DNA of 34,855 bases from Phoronis australis (Eukaryota > Animalia > Phoronida). A program made the translations under genes and the position numbers. The stretch covers positions 42,917 through 77,771 of the forward strand of contig NMRA01000891.1 in NCBI GenBank assembly GCA_002633005.1, given 5' to 3'. Position 1 is the stretch's first letter; each line of letters begins with the position of its first letter. Below the pieces are notes generated by a model. It ran no database searches, was not told the DNA's origin, and saw nothing but the letters and a program-made list of their open reading frames with translations. Positions 11,318 through 24,200 of the stretch are shown in pieces.

Positions 11318-13484
11318 AACAATGGGGAAATAGAATACTAATATGTGAGCACGCGCAATAATAGCATGTTGAACAGAGGGCATTGTACCGAGGTTTATAC
11401 GCTATGAAAAGTAAGACGTATAATTTCCCTAAATACCATATTTTGGTTCAGTTAAAGTTGTCTCTCATTTTCTCTCACATGTAAATTATAGATTTCCAAT
11501 TTGAATGCGGGTATCGTGTCGGCGGGGTTCTTTGATTTGGGTATTATTCATAGTGAGCAGTGGTAACCTGCTTTAGAAGACGATATTTTCATGTTTGAAG
11601 CTTAGCGTGATAAAATGTGTAGTAAGCTAGACTAGTTGATAAAACTGAAGTTATAAATTCATATTACTTCTATATTGTTTACATGTTCAAATGCATTTGA
11701 GTAAAAACATTACTTTGATAAAAATAACTCGACTTTTCTTAAAAGGTCACGACCTCTGAGCCTGGACCTATGACATAGAAAGTAGTCACAAAGCCTAGGC
11801 GAGTCGAGAAAGGAACACCGATTCTTTGCAATGTTTCTTGTTCAGTATGTGGCATCAATAAATTATTACGTGTCCTCTGTAGTCATCTCCCTTATTTAGA
11901 GACCACGTGGATTTTGTACAATTATCACCCTGGGGCTCTAGATTACGGGAGATAACGAGTTCGCCAACTGATAATCCATATTAATCTGGTCCTCACGTGT
12001 TGTTTCACTGTAAACTAGGTTTGGTATCGCTTTGCAGTTAGCTCATTTAATTATTTTACCGCCTCAAGGGCTCATCACTTAGCGTTATTGTAAAAACAAA
12101 TATGGCTCTAATTCGTTTGAGGGATCATTATTTGATATTGTATCTTCGTATGAGAAAGAGCTAGTTTTTTATATGTTGCAAGATATCTATACAAGGACAG
12201 CATAATAATCTGGCAATTCCTTCGAGTGAAGGGAACCCCATGAAGTCTTGAGTATTATAAGAAATGACGTTTGCCTTAAGAAAAAACAAGTGATCAACAA
12301 TCCAAACTCACATAGCAACATAATACCATGTAAACTGGAGGGAATTTCAACCAACATGGGCTTTGTTATGACCTAAAGAGTTTGGGCAAAGGTTCCCGTA
12401 TACCCAAGTTACTTGGTGTGTACGCTGGCCACTTAAACGACATTGAATTTAAACAAAACTGGGCCTGGGTACATCGGTCTCATGACCAGGATGTTTAGGT
12501 CCAAATCTTTACCACAACTTGCGATTTGCAAAACAAAGCAGAATCGTGCAGAGTACTAAATATAAAACTCATTAAGTAACAAATTGACATTTACTGCACA
12601 TTGCTTTCTTTCTGCCTCTGCCGAATTTTAAAAGGGGTCCCAGCCTTTCAGTAACTTTTTCAATAACTTTTTCAGGTCCCCCAGAATATCGACCCTATTC
12701 CCATCCGAAAAACATTGAAAAATCACGTGAAACTCCCACATTAGTCCCAAAAATTCCCCTCAAGTAATTGAAAAATTCTCCTCGAGGTTGGAATTATTTT
12801 TAACTCACACAGGTTTCAATTTGAAACAGCGCAAAATTTTACTTTTGATTACTGAGGCAGAGGCCATGAGGCCTTGCAAGAGAGTGGGGTGGGGTGCTAT
12901 TGATGGTTCAAAATTTTCCCTTCAACCAAAAATTACAGTCTCTGAAGGCACATACATGTACACCTTTCCTGTCAGATAATCGAGAGCCCTGTTTTTACAC
13001 TTGCGACATTTAGCGAGATGACTAGGTATGGCATGTGACGTATTTTGATTTAAAATTAGATAACAAGCTTCCCTGCATAGTCTGCATCCTTAAAACTCCT
13101 TAAATAGAAAACATGACAGCGTCAAGTCTCAAACAATCATTGGCACGACAAATTGTACGTTGAAAAGTGGTAAAGTTGGTAATGAATTGTGTGAGATTCA
13201 TGTAATATGAAAATAAAAAATGTAAATTTTGACATCATAATATTCCATGTTTGAGACAGCTCAGCTCGTTTCAGTTTTATACTCCAAGTATTTTAATAAC
13301 ATCGGACAGGCTTACACCACGTCGGGAGTGCTAAAAATGAAACTGGGTTATGTTTGCCACCGAAGTAGTGTTCTAGTCATCGTTTTGACATCGTCGCTTG
13401 CAGACGCCAAGCGGCAGGTTGTACACGAGATCTCGCTACAAAGCGAGAAATTGTCATTCCCAAGAGAGCTGACCTCGTTCTACA

Positions 13485-13716
13485 TACAGCACACATCAGC
13501 CTAACAATAGCAGCCGACCAGCTGGTCGTCTAATGGCCGGTCGGCTAAAGGGTCGGCTGAAGGGTCGGCTGTGGGGTCGCCTTATGAGTCGGCACTGCGG
13601 GCGGCTGCCGGTCGGCTAATTTTTAGCCGACCGCTCGGCTAATTTGCCGACCGGTCGACGGCCGGTCGTCGACCAATTTCCGACCGGTCGGCCACAAATT
13701 CGTGATCTGTGCTGTA
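13485..13716. mobile_element. CpG-rich MITE with TIRs and an internal GTCGGC/GCCGAC array
   Basis: TACAGCACACATCA (13485) pairs with TGATCTGTGCTGTA (ending 13716) at 13/14 positions. About ten GTCGG/CCGAC motifs lie between them in both orientations. Confidence 0.7.
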
Positions 13717-15453
13717 GTTGAAAATTTTGTTGCGGTAAAGGAGTGATTTTAGGGAGACAGACACGTAATTGAACTTCTGCTTGTTATATTTAGTCTAGGA
13801 CTCTTATAGTCAAAGTAAGAATGTCGTTGATGACGCACCTAGATTTGAGCTATCTGTGAGTAGAAACGAGAGTGTGTTACAAGAAATTATTATTTTCTGT
13901 AGAGCTGCGAAAACGTGCGCCAAGATGACGATTGAACTTACCTCTACCATCGCTAGTGCGGTTTGGAATTCGCCAATGGCGAGCTGGCGATCGGCTAGCG
14001 CAAGCCTAGTAATGTCTTAGTTCAACATTTGTAAGGTTGGTTTATATGGTTGAGCACCCATGTTGACGATATGTTTTCCTTCCTAGGTCATAATGTTTTT
14101 AAATTGAAACACTTTCTGAAAGGGTTATTCCCGGAGTAACATGAGCACTTGTCTAGAGCCAGCTAAACGAAGATCAGATTTTTGACATAACTGCCTCCTG
14201 TTCCACAAGATTCTACTTGAATGTAATATATAACAAGTAAATTGGGGAAAAAATCTGGTCAATGTTTTTACCAATTAAAATCTTTGTCACGGTAAAACAA
14301 TGATAAGGTCCTTTTGTAAAAATGTATACACTTCCAAAGTTAGTGTGCTGGCTCAGGTGAAAGCAATACGTGTACATTCAATGACACAGCCAAGAGCATG
14401 AATCTACAAGTCATTTCTCGTTTTGACTGTACATTTTGCAGTCGTTGTTGATATATTTATGTCAGTGGTCAATGCCAGTTTCTGCGTGGTCAGTAGAAGA
14501 GGCTTTGTGTTTTGTTATCTTACCTAATAATAGGTTTCAAGGTTTTCAGCTCCTGAACCACTTTTGCATCAGTGAATTTTACTGACTAAAATTTAGTCAT
14601 GAGAGGTTATAAGAGGTGGTTCACACAACCAAACCTACAGCTGGTCAATTTCAAATCACTGCTGATCAATTTCAAACCACTGCATTGGTTTTATGTTTTT
14701 CCGTATAATGTGAGTATTTAGGTTCATGACTCCATATGCAAAGCTATGCCTATTATTAGAACTAACCACATGCATATTTTTGCAAAAAGAATAGGCAACG
14801 GATAATCACCTGAAAGTGAAACATTGTCACATTCAATTACACACAAAACAGTTCAGTCTTGTTTTATTGATTAAGCACATGCTTTAGGCTATAGGATCAT
14901 GAAAATCAATCGCACTTTTTGATTAATGATGCTATGAACTGAGCAGATATCCCGTAATTCACTTCACTAAAAATTACAGGAATTTATTAAAAACTGAGTT
15001 GTCCTTGTTGGGGTTAATTCTATGCTAAACCTAAATTAAGAGTCTCTTGTTCCAGAGTTTACAACACGAGTCTACTTTTTATTGTGTTTGTTTCAGATCT
15101 TTTGCCAGGTACATTTTGGCCATTTCTGGCATATAATGAAAGCTGCAAAGAAGAGTTTGTTTATTTGAAATAGTGTCATTCATGGAGTTAGTGACCGTTG
15201 GTACCCAGTAGTTTGCCTATAGAGACGCCAAAGTCAATGTAGACCTTCTCTGTAACTATGGTGAGTGATTGAGGAAATCGGAAATATTCATCATATGTCA
15301 GGTTTCAGTTTAAAGTTTCAAATACCCAAACACCGTGGTAGGTTTTGAGTTTAAATGGGTAAACGAGCTGAGGGCGGGTTCTAAATTGTTTAGTCAAAAA
15401 TCCTCTTAAAAACTGACTATGGCATGGCACATCTCGAATTTAACTCAAGTCAG

Positions 15454-16833
15454 GGCCCGGTCTCCAATCTCCGTACTCAGACTCATAATCATATTCGAGA
15501 TTTCATAATCAAAATTGTGCTCACTGGAGTCGTACTCAAAAAGCGTATCTAGTGTCGTATTTCGAGTAGACTCCAAACGTACTCAAAATCTGACACTCAT
15601 ACTCGAGTTCCTATGGAACTCTTTATGATGTGAAATGCAAAATCACACAAAGCCGCGCTGATTCATCGCTCCCTATTTGGAATAGACCACCCCAGGAACT
15701 AGGCTTACATTATCGTCTGCTGTCGCTACAACTACAAGAGTATGTCTATAACGTGGAATTCTGAGTGTTCTGTAACTGTTATTAATTTTTTAGTTTCAAT
15801 AAATATTCTTATGCCATTTCTTTGATACATTTGGCAATTATCAAGCTTTACTTCTTGAGTTCCTCACCCAGACCCGAAAATGTCTTAAGGAATTTGAAAA
15901 AAGCTTATCACATCACATCTCTGTTGCTAATTTAGTCTTGACATAAAACCCATTGCTGTGTAGGCCTACGCTGATGTCAAACTTTGATACTGTATCTTTG
16001 TATTTTACCGAGATGTATCAAGTGAGTTGACATTTGGCACGTGAGTTAAAAAACAATACTTGTGCAGGCATTCAGAGTACACCAGTGACAGTGAACGGGA
16101 CGAGACGTCTACTTAGAAATGGGCAAACAAAATCTGGAATTCCATTTGGGGATTGAGGAATTATAGATGAGTTATGATGATAAATGTACCTGACAGGGAA
16201 GCGAACTTTTTTAACTTCCCTGCGCTCCTCGTATTTTGTATACTCTAGAAAGCGTAGGGACACATACCCAAATAAGGGCAGAACAAACTTCTCACAAGAC
16301 TTTTCCCACAACTGCTTTGGACGCTTGTTATGACTCGCCGACAAGGGATTACAATGCGCCTGTCGCCAGGAATTGTAGAAGTAGATTGGCGGCCATAACA
16401 TACAGTGATACTGCGGGTTAATAAGGTGGAGAATAAGAAGATTTAATATGAAAACTATCATCTCTGAACTGAAATTGATGTGCTGAGATACGGTGAGAGG
16501 ACTTTTTTTAGATTTGCTTTGTTTCTTGGTTCCCTTTCGATATTTTGTTATCTGGCTCGTATTTATTTTCGAGTACGATTTCAAGCCCACGTCATACCAT
16601 ACTTGAAATTTGAGCATAGACTCCGAATTTTTACTCAAAATCGTACTCGAAATATAGATGAGATACACTTCAGTTCGAGAACACTCGAAAACTGAGTACG
16701 TGCTCTAAATTTCGAGTACAGATTTTTCGAGAATGACATTGAATACACCAAAGCCGAGTCTGTACTCGAGCTGAGTATGAAGTGTGAGTTTGAGCATGAT
16801 TCGAGTTTGAGTACGAAGATTGGAGACCGGGCC
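15454..16833. mobile_element. 1380-bp non-autonomous PIF/Harbinger-like transposon, copy 2 (inverted relative to copy 1)
   Basis: TIRs GGCCCGGTCTCCAATCTCCGTACTCAGACT / ...GTACGAAGATTGGAGACCGGGCC. The interior is reverse-complement homologous to 8449-9828, for example TTTCGAGTAGACTCCAAACGTACTCAAA versus TTTGAGTACGTTTGGAGTCTACTCGAAA. Confidence 0.85.
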
Positions 16834-19037
16834 GTGGTCAAGTTTTGACTTTAGCTTCTGAGATTAGTTCCTGGACTCAGATGTATATGCTACACATTAC
16901 ACAGTATTGGAACCACTATGGTGTAGCACAACCTCCACACTTTTCAAAATTCCGTAGCTAATTTGGAGAATATGACACTGCAGATACCCCAAAGTCTTTG
17001 CATAGAAATGTTTACAAAAATCCTATTGGAGGAGAATTTCAACAGCACTTGCAAAAATTGTGTCCACAGTTAATTCAGATCAGAGTACTGCAATATCCAG
17101 GGCTATATGTAAATCTGAAATTCCAGATTTCAAACTCGAGTCAATCCAGTTCGTAGAGTCATTCTGCTGAAGCAATCATTAAACTCCATTTAATTAAGGA
17201 TTTTAGCATCTGTTATTAGGTATGCAAATTTTCATATTAAAAAAGTTCCTTATCTCTGAACATGAACAAAGAAAGTGGCTTTCAAAGACAGCTTTGCATA
17301 GGGCTTCAGAGATGTACATGTAGTTGCATGTTCTTAACTTATATGTCCTAGGGTATTGCAGGGATTAAAAAGCAATCCTATTTTAAAATGATCCAAGCTA
17401 ACAAAAGTGCAATTGTGTTCCGTGAAAATCTGTAAACTTGATAACACGTTTGGCAATTTGTTGACCTATACACTAATGACATGCCTTGTGGATCCAAATA
17501 GCCCACATCATGCAGTGTTATTTAGGATAATTTTGACAACAAACACGTTAACCATCGGCAATTTTCAACCTTCTTCGTATTCACATCATTGGTATATGTT
17601 GTGTTTTAGTTAAGTTGGCTATGCAATCGCAGAGATAAGGAATAATTCAATTGTTTCCTCTTTGATATTTCATAAAATCAATGAAACCCAACACGTTGAC
17701 ATAGCAAGATACTTCATTATGATACTAAGAAAAGAATAAAGAGTTGTACGCATGGTCCTTGAAGACACTGTTGCTGAATCAACTTTAGGAGTGTAACAGA
17801 ACAAGTCCCCAGTGAACACCAAAGAAGTGTATTTCACCTCGCTACGCATTCATTTCAGTCCAGATACACGTGACAACGCTCAATTCCGTGTAGGCACACA
17901 GTTGCGCCCGCATACCAACGAAACAAAGGCACACTGAGACGCCACAAAGACATTAGCATTAACAGAACAATTATAACTAAAAAGCATAACAATAAGCGTA
18001 GAGTTACTAACTTCCCGTTACAGGATCTAAAACTATCAGTGAATGCCTTGTTAGATATATTATACAAAATTTTACCAGCAGGTTGTTAGTTTTTTGAAGG
18101 TTAGTGTGGCATTATTACTGATGATAAAGCATAACTGTATCTTTTTCACCAGCATACATATATATAGTTTCATTTTGCAGAAAGAACTGGCTATACAAAG
18201 ACTTTGTCTTATTTCAATTCGGACCTTGCGCATATCTATTTGTTACTTTCATTGCAGATCACATTTCTGACAAATCAGACTCAGCTGAACAAGATCCAAC
18301 TGAATACAACAAAGAAGTTGTGTGCACTTAATTGCTTAACATTTTAGTCCCCTTGTTGGTTATTTTACAAAAACATTTCATGTTTAATGTTGGCGGTTAA
18401 AGTAGTTGTGCATTTCACATGCTCTTTAAGAGTCATTTATGAGTTATAAACAGAAGCGCTTTGGGATTGTTTAAAAATAATATAGAGTTTTCGAAATCAT
18501 ATTTTAGTTTTTGAAATTTTATTACTTTAAGTTAGCTTTCTTCTAGTGAAACCTCCAGCTTTAACAGAGTAATTAATCAGAGTTACAGTAGTACATAATA
18601 ATCAAACAATCTGTTTAATATCTATAGACAAACATGCATTATCCCTGAAACTACATTCCGCCCTGTTTAGCTGATGAAAAGAAGAACAAATTAGGTGTTT
18701 TACTTTCACAAAATGAATCTCATAATGATCCTTACTTAGACAGCACCCTATTTCATAGGCAATGTGGGTATGGTCTGTTTTCAAATTCCCAGTTTTAGGG
18801 TTGGACAACCCCAATCTTGCGTCTCTGGTAGTTCAAAAAACATTTAAAGAACTTTATCACGGTAAGGATTGTTTGATCCATTTGATGAGCATCGAAGGCC
18901 TTGTTCGATTTTTTGTCAGCTAAATATAGCAAAATCCACTTTTAACTGCTTTGTTGCCAGCTAACAAATAGAAAATATAGTAGAAACCACATGATACTGC
19001 AATGTGACATTTAACTTTGCTATTAGGAAAACAAAAG

Positions 19038-20205
19038 CAGCCAATTTCATAAGGGTGGTTTAACAAAACCAGATTTTAGACTTAAACTTGGTCTTCCTAA
19101 ACCTGGTCTACTTTTAGACCTGACTTGCATTTCACCAACATGGTTTAAGAGTCTGAAACCCTTTTTTGCTGGACCAGGGAGGTGGTTCAGTAAAACCAGG
19201 TTTAAAGTATCAAAGGCACCCCACTGTGTTGAGCTGGATAAACCCAACAAAGAAACTATTGAAGTGCTTCAATGAAACCTTCATCTCGTGCGTATACAAT
19301 GGAATACACCAGTAGAATGAGTGCAGAGATTTACGAAAAACATCTAAAAGCTTTTCTGATGAGGAAACTGTAATTTCTGTGACCAATACACACACATTAA
19401 AGAACATGCTCCCGATTAGATGTAACACTTTACATGCCCAAATTTATACGGTCATTTTAGTGTTTATTTTCTGCGGCCAAAGGGGGGGCAAGACGCCTTC
19501 CGGGCAACATTATATCGGAGAACAGTGGAGATGGAACTCATTCATAAGAATTAGAAGATGATGTTTTTAGTTAAATCCGTAGCGCTTACGATAAAGACGC
19601 CCTGCTCGACCAGTCGTATTCTGATAAATCCGAAGGACACACTCCAACAAGTACTGGTCAACGCATAGGCGGATCCACGGGGGTCTTGGGGTCCGGAGCC
19701 ATCTTTTTCACATTGATTTTAGTAATACCAAATCTACAATTTTCAAGTTGTTGACTTGGACCCCTTTCAAAAAGTCCTTGACCGTCCCCGTTCCCCTTTA
19801 AAAATCCTGGATCCGCCCCTGCTACTTTTGATCTTGTGTCATAGCAAAACAGAATATTGAAAATAGTCCATTTTCGATCTAAAACTGCTTTGCAAATGCT
19901 CTCCGCGGCATCAGTCAGTTGTTCTAATGCCATGCAAGTCTGACATATTTAACAGTTAAACCTGAGTCTGACCATGTCTAAAGTTAAAATTGGTTTAAGA
20001 TCTTCATACAGGTGTAAAGAATATAGACCTCGTTGGTGAAATGAAAACTGACTTAGACCAGGTCTAAACTGGAGATAAACCAGGTTTTACTAGACCACTG
20101 GTCTAAAAGTTAAACCCCCTTTATGAAATGCAGATTATATTTAAACCTGGTCTAAGTCCAGTTTAAACCAGGTTTAACTTTAAACCACCTTTATGAAATC
20201 AGCTG
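19038..20205. mobile_element. Non-autonomous PIF/Harbinger-like element with 3-bp TSD (AAG)
   Basis: Left CAGCCAATTTCATAAGGGTGGTTTA versus right-end reverse complement CAGCTGATTTCATAAAGGTGGTTTA. AAG flanks both sides. Subterminal AAACCWGGTYT/AGACCWG arrays occur at both ends. Confidence 0.8.
19664..19821. mobile_element. MITE (CAGGGGCGGATCC-type TIR) nested in the 19038-20205 element
   Basis: Termini CATAGGCGGATCCA...TGGATCCGCCCCTG. Confidence 0.7.
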
Positions 20206-20891
20206 AAGGAGTTTTCAACATACACCATGGTTGAAAGAAGGGAAGAATGCAGCTGTGAAAGAGTTAAATGCTGTTGTCAGAAAGTGCTGGTGATAAAAGC
20301 AACGTGTCCATGGACATGAAAAACGCATTCGATTAAGAAAAGAACCTGCATTGAAATAATGATGTGGGTAAAAATTCTCAAATACAAGAAAGGCAACTTT
20401 ACATGAATAGGATCAGAGTTTCGTAAAGCCAAGCACATTTTTAAGACCTTAGCTTTAATGAATGCAGACTGTTACCAAAATTATTGAAGCGCAAATGAAC
20501 TCTATGGATCTTTTCTTAATTCATTTATTGAATAGTAGATTCTGAATTAAATGAACTTGCCACAGCGTTTGGCCTCTGTTACATAGAACTGTATTTTTTT
20601 GTTTTCAAGAAAGTTATAAATGTCAGTAATGATCAACTTTCATTTTGCGCATCAACACTAACTTTTGCGACCGGGTTACTAAGCCTGCTATGAATAATCA
20701 TGGTTCTGAGGTAAATGAGAACCTGTGTCCTTTTATTTGTAATTATTATATACATGGAGTGTGAAACTTAATTTTTCCTTGCCGTAACATATTCGTTAAC
20801 AATGGGGCTACTCGGATAATTCTCCTCGCGTTGTCGCTGCTGTACTAGTGGTAATTGAATTGCGCATGAGTGGCTGTCTGCATGTAAACAA

Positions 20892-21195
20892 ATGGTAAAA
20901 GATGGAATTGCTATCAAATTACATCGTCGCGCTAAGCCTTATTACTGCTAATTTCCCTGGTGCAAGTCTTCGACAGGTGGCCACAAATTCCCAAAAGACC
21001 TTAAGTTACTATATTCGTGGACATATTTTGTAAAAGGGTCAACTAACTGACAAAAGGTGTGTGGATGCTGAAGCCCCGTGAGTGCTCTATGACTACGCAG
21101 TTCCATTCGGAGACTACACAACATTACTTGGCAAGTTTTTAGCAATCAGTTTCTGTCAACATCGTTCGGTGATGTTATCCCCACCAGTTACCCCA
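20892..21195 (+). pseudogene. THAP zinc-finger N-terminus of the ISL2EU-type transposase, disrupted
   Basis: MVKDGIAIKLHRRAKPYYC*FPWCKSSTGGHKFPKDLKLLYSWTYFV...DVIPT fits the THAP pattern C-x-xPxC, H.FPKD, W, and terminal AVPT-like motif. Several stops are present. No DDE domain is recognisable downstream. Confidence 0.7.
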
Positions 21196-22199
21196 CTGAA
21201 TAACAGGTTTATTGAGTGGAATTAATGTTTCTTTTAGGAAACTCACCCGATGCCGGGTAGGCTAGCACCACATAATTATATATATATATTGCCCTGGGTG
21301 GGAGTGCTCCCAAAATAAGAGGTGCATGGTACGTGATGCACAAAAGTCAAGGGTGACTTTTCCACAGCAGTTTCTCTTCAAAACTATGCTGCTTCCAGTA
21401 AAACTCTCTAGATGAGTGAGTTTCCTTATTTTATCGCGGACCCCACCCAAGGACTACCAGATCAGTTATCGAATTAACATGAACAAGCCTTAGTTCAGTA
21501 AATGTCGTAACATTGAATTGGAAAAATATTTGACGCCTGCAAATGAATTTTACCTGTTAACATCAGAAGCACCTTTTAAGTGTCATGAAAAATAGACATT
21601 GTTAAATCACTTTTTGCCTGTTTCACATATTTTAATTCAAATATTAAATAAGACTTGTGTACAAACGTTATTAGTTTCTACACATAAACATGAAGATGAA
21701 ACGTCTAGTATGTTCTGCCTTACAAAAGTAGTTTCGTCTTGTCTTTTCTTTTACAATTTGCTAATATTTCTCCGACTATTCTGTTTCAGGTAAGAGAAAA
21801 CAACTGAAAGCAACCGCCCGACCATCTATTTTACCTTTGGACAAAGTGAAAAGCAATGACCTGAGAGAATTGAACGTAATTCAGAAATTCAGCACTTGAT
21901 ATGCCTGATTATGGACTCCGTCGCATAGTTGTTACTTTCAGTTTGCGATTTGTTTTTAATACTCTGATAAATGTTTATTCTCGAATCTTGTGCATAGCAG
22001 ATTCTTATCCAGCTAGCTACAATTGAAAACATACAAAAAGACAATCGATGCAATCACCGAATTTCACTTCCCCATAATGTGTACCAATTTTTTACCAATA
22101 GAATAAAGCCTTTCTTCTGAAAGGAAAATTTAATGTCACTCAGCTTTTGGTTTCATTTCACTGGTATCTAATTTCAATGGCCTATAGAAGCGCTTTTAA

Positions 22200-24200
22200 A
22201 AAGGTCCAGTTTTGACACGTGGCTTTCTTTCATGTAACCTCATTCAGCCTCAATAACATCCAAAATTAGACCCTTGAAGGTAAACACAGCAGCATATCAC
22301 TTGAATCGTTTTCAGCCCAAAATCAGACCCTGAACTAGACCAGAGTGTCACTAGGTCTTCTTTAGCTTCAGTCCCTCATGTGTCTTCCAGGAAAGGAAAT
22401 AAGCTATTGTCCACACATGACTCATTGCCAATGAAAGGTCATCCTCACCATCAAGGCTTACTTGTGTAGCAGTCAAAAATAGTTCGTCTGAATACACAGA
22501 CAGTCCACTGGCACATTGTCTTATGGTAACTTAGTACTGCGATTCACATTTCTCCAGGGCCATTGACTTGCACAATGTGCCTTGCAACACTGCTGGTGTA
22601 TGGCTGTGGGAAGAGAACGGAGTAACAAAGCTTGTCTATGATACAACTTGAGGTGGCCTTAAAATGTCACTGAACCTGGAAAAAATATTGAAATGTGAAT
22701 AATTAAGTACACCAGATTGGGTCAAAAATGTTAGCCCTGTTTTTCAAAAATATATGGTGACTGCTCTACAGTTTCACATAAAATTAAATAATTACTATTT
22801 TCAAAAACCAAGGATATATATAATAAGTATTGCATAAAACTGTGTCTTTATTTTTTTATTCCTAGCCATACATATTCTTGAAACGCATTATTTGTCTGCC
22901 AAATATACAAGTTTTTGGAGACAACTTCAAACCTCTGTTACCCATTTTCAAGCCTTCTTAATTTTAAACTCGGATTACAGGTTCATGGGTCTTGCCACGC
23001 ATACTTCTAGTCTAAGGTTGAGTAAACCGTTTCTCAGACTTTTACTTTTTCTTCTAATAGAAGATATGAAGACTTGGGTCATTTAAAAATGATGGATAAT
23101 CTTTCTCTTGTTTACGAGTAGTTACAAATCGTAAGGCACCATCAAAAATGCAATTTTCCCAAAAATGGCAGTCATTTGAATTTATAACGACTTGCAACAT
23201 TTCAAGGCATGAGTTAAGACTATTCAGTCACTGTGAATTCAGAAAATGTAATATATTTTCATGGGTTTACAATTTATACAAGTAGCAAAACAGGTTCATG
23301 AAATCAACTTGAAGGGACTTCATGAACATTAAGAATTACCTCACCGTGACCTTTTCCCCAAACATGTATTACCTGTTATTTCCACACATTCAGTTGTACC
23401 AAATATTGCAACCCCAACACCCCCCTGCTAATCCCCCGCTAAGGACCTGAATAAGTAAATTAACAAAATGACTTACATACCTTTCTTTAAAAATAGCTGT
23501 TTCTTTTCAAAGGCTTTGTTCGTTCTCTCCAATATTGAAAGTACGATGTGACAACAGATCTGCACTGGATGGAAAGATCTTGTTGGTTAGCTACAGCCAA
23601 ATGCCAAAAAACATTTTCTGTCCATTCAGGGACGGTGCAGAAGGGATGCATATCTTCTCTGCACGATAAAAGCCCTCAAACCTAAAAACCAAACGTTACA
23701 AGAAAACAGTCGTGATAAATTTCCATTTCAACGTGTAACAGATTTCCAGAAGACATATGATAGGGAGTAAACAAATAGTCTAATGCAATGGATATATGTC
23801 ATGTACCCTTTGCCATTGGGCTTGGATTGTAATCTTAACTCATGAAACTGTATCGAGTTGACAGCATGAACATTCAGCATAGATTGGTGTAACTGTCACT
23901 GATAAACTGTTAGAAATCATTCCAAATAATAATAATGATTTAATGTACGGAAAGATCCCGATTGCTACATCAAGTATGGTATCACAACACAAACACAACA
24001 AACAAAGATTAACCCGACTGACGACTTCCGCGAAGTACCCCAGTTAACAGGCATCGGTAGAATAATCATGGATAATCGTTAAAATAATCACAAACCTTAC
24101 CTTTGTATAAGGTCGTGCTTACTTTCTCTCAAAGAAGCACCCTTTTCACGCAATCTCAAATTCAGTTGGCACGGCTGCAAGCCATTTCACCTTGTATTTA
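22200..24200 (-). pseudogene. Intron-containing SAP-domain plus YqaJ/lambda-exonuclease-like gene of the ISL2EU-type element, disrupted
   Basis: An exon ending at 24101 (donor GTAAGG) gives QLNLRLREKGASLRESKHDLIQR (SAP-like) and splices in frame to exon 23681-23481. An exon from about 22675 gives TPAVLQG..KSMALEKCESQY*VTIRQCASGLSVYSDELFLTAT and VQGLILG*KRFK*YAAVFTFKGL, matching YqaJ motifs (CGL.V....FL.ASPDG; QVQGQ....CDFVV.T). Outer bounds are approximate. Confidence 0.7.

Noticed and set aside
9829-15453. Past inversion between the two inverted 1380-bp elements to explain their mismatched TSDs
   Set aside because: Swapping flanks predicts pairs CAG/CTG and CTC/GTG, which match no better than the observed ones.
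16072-16668. Longest ORF in the track (198 aa, minus strand)
   Set aside because: It lies wholly inside a non-autonomous transposon copy and has no recognisable domain. The track shows no equivalent ORF in the sister copy at 8449-9828.
14100-18960. Several plus-strand exon-like segments (for example near 15099-15260 and 17630-18080)
   Set aside because: They have stops in the frames examined and no recognisable domain. They are probably decayed TE sequence.
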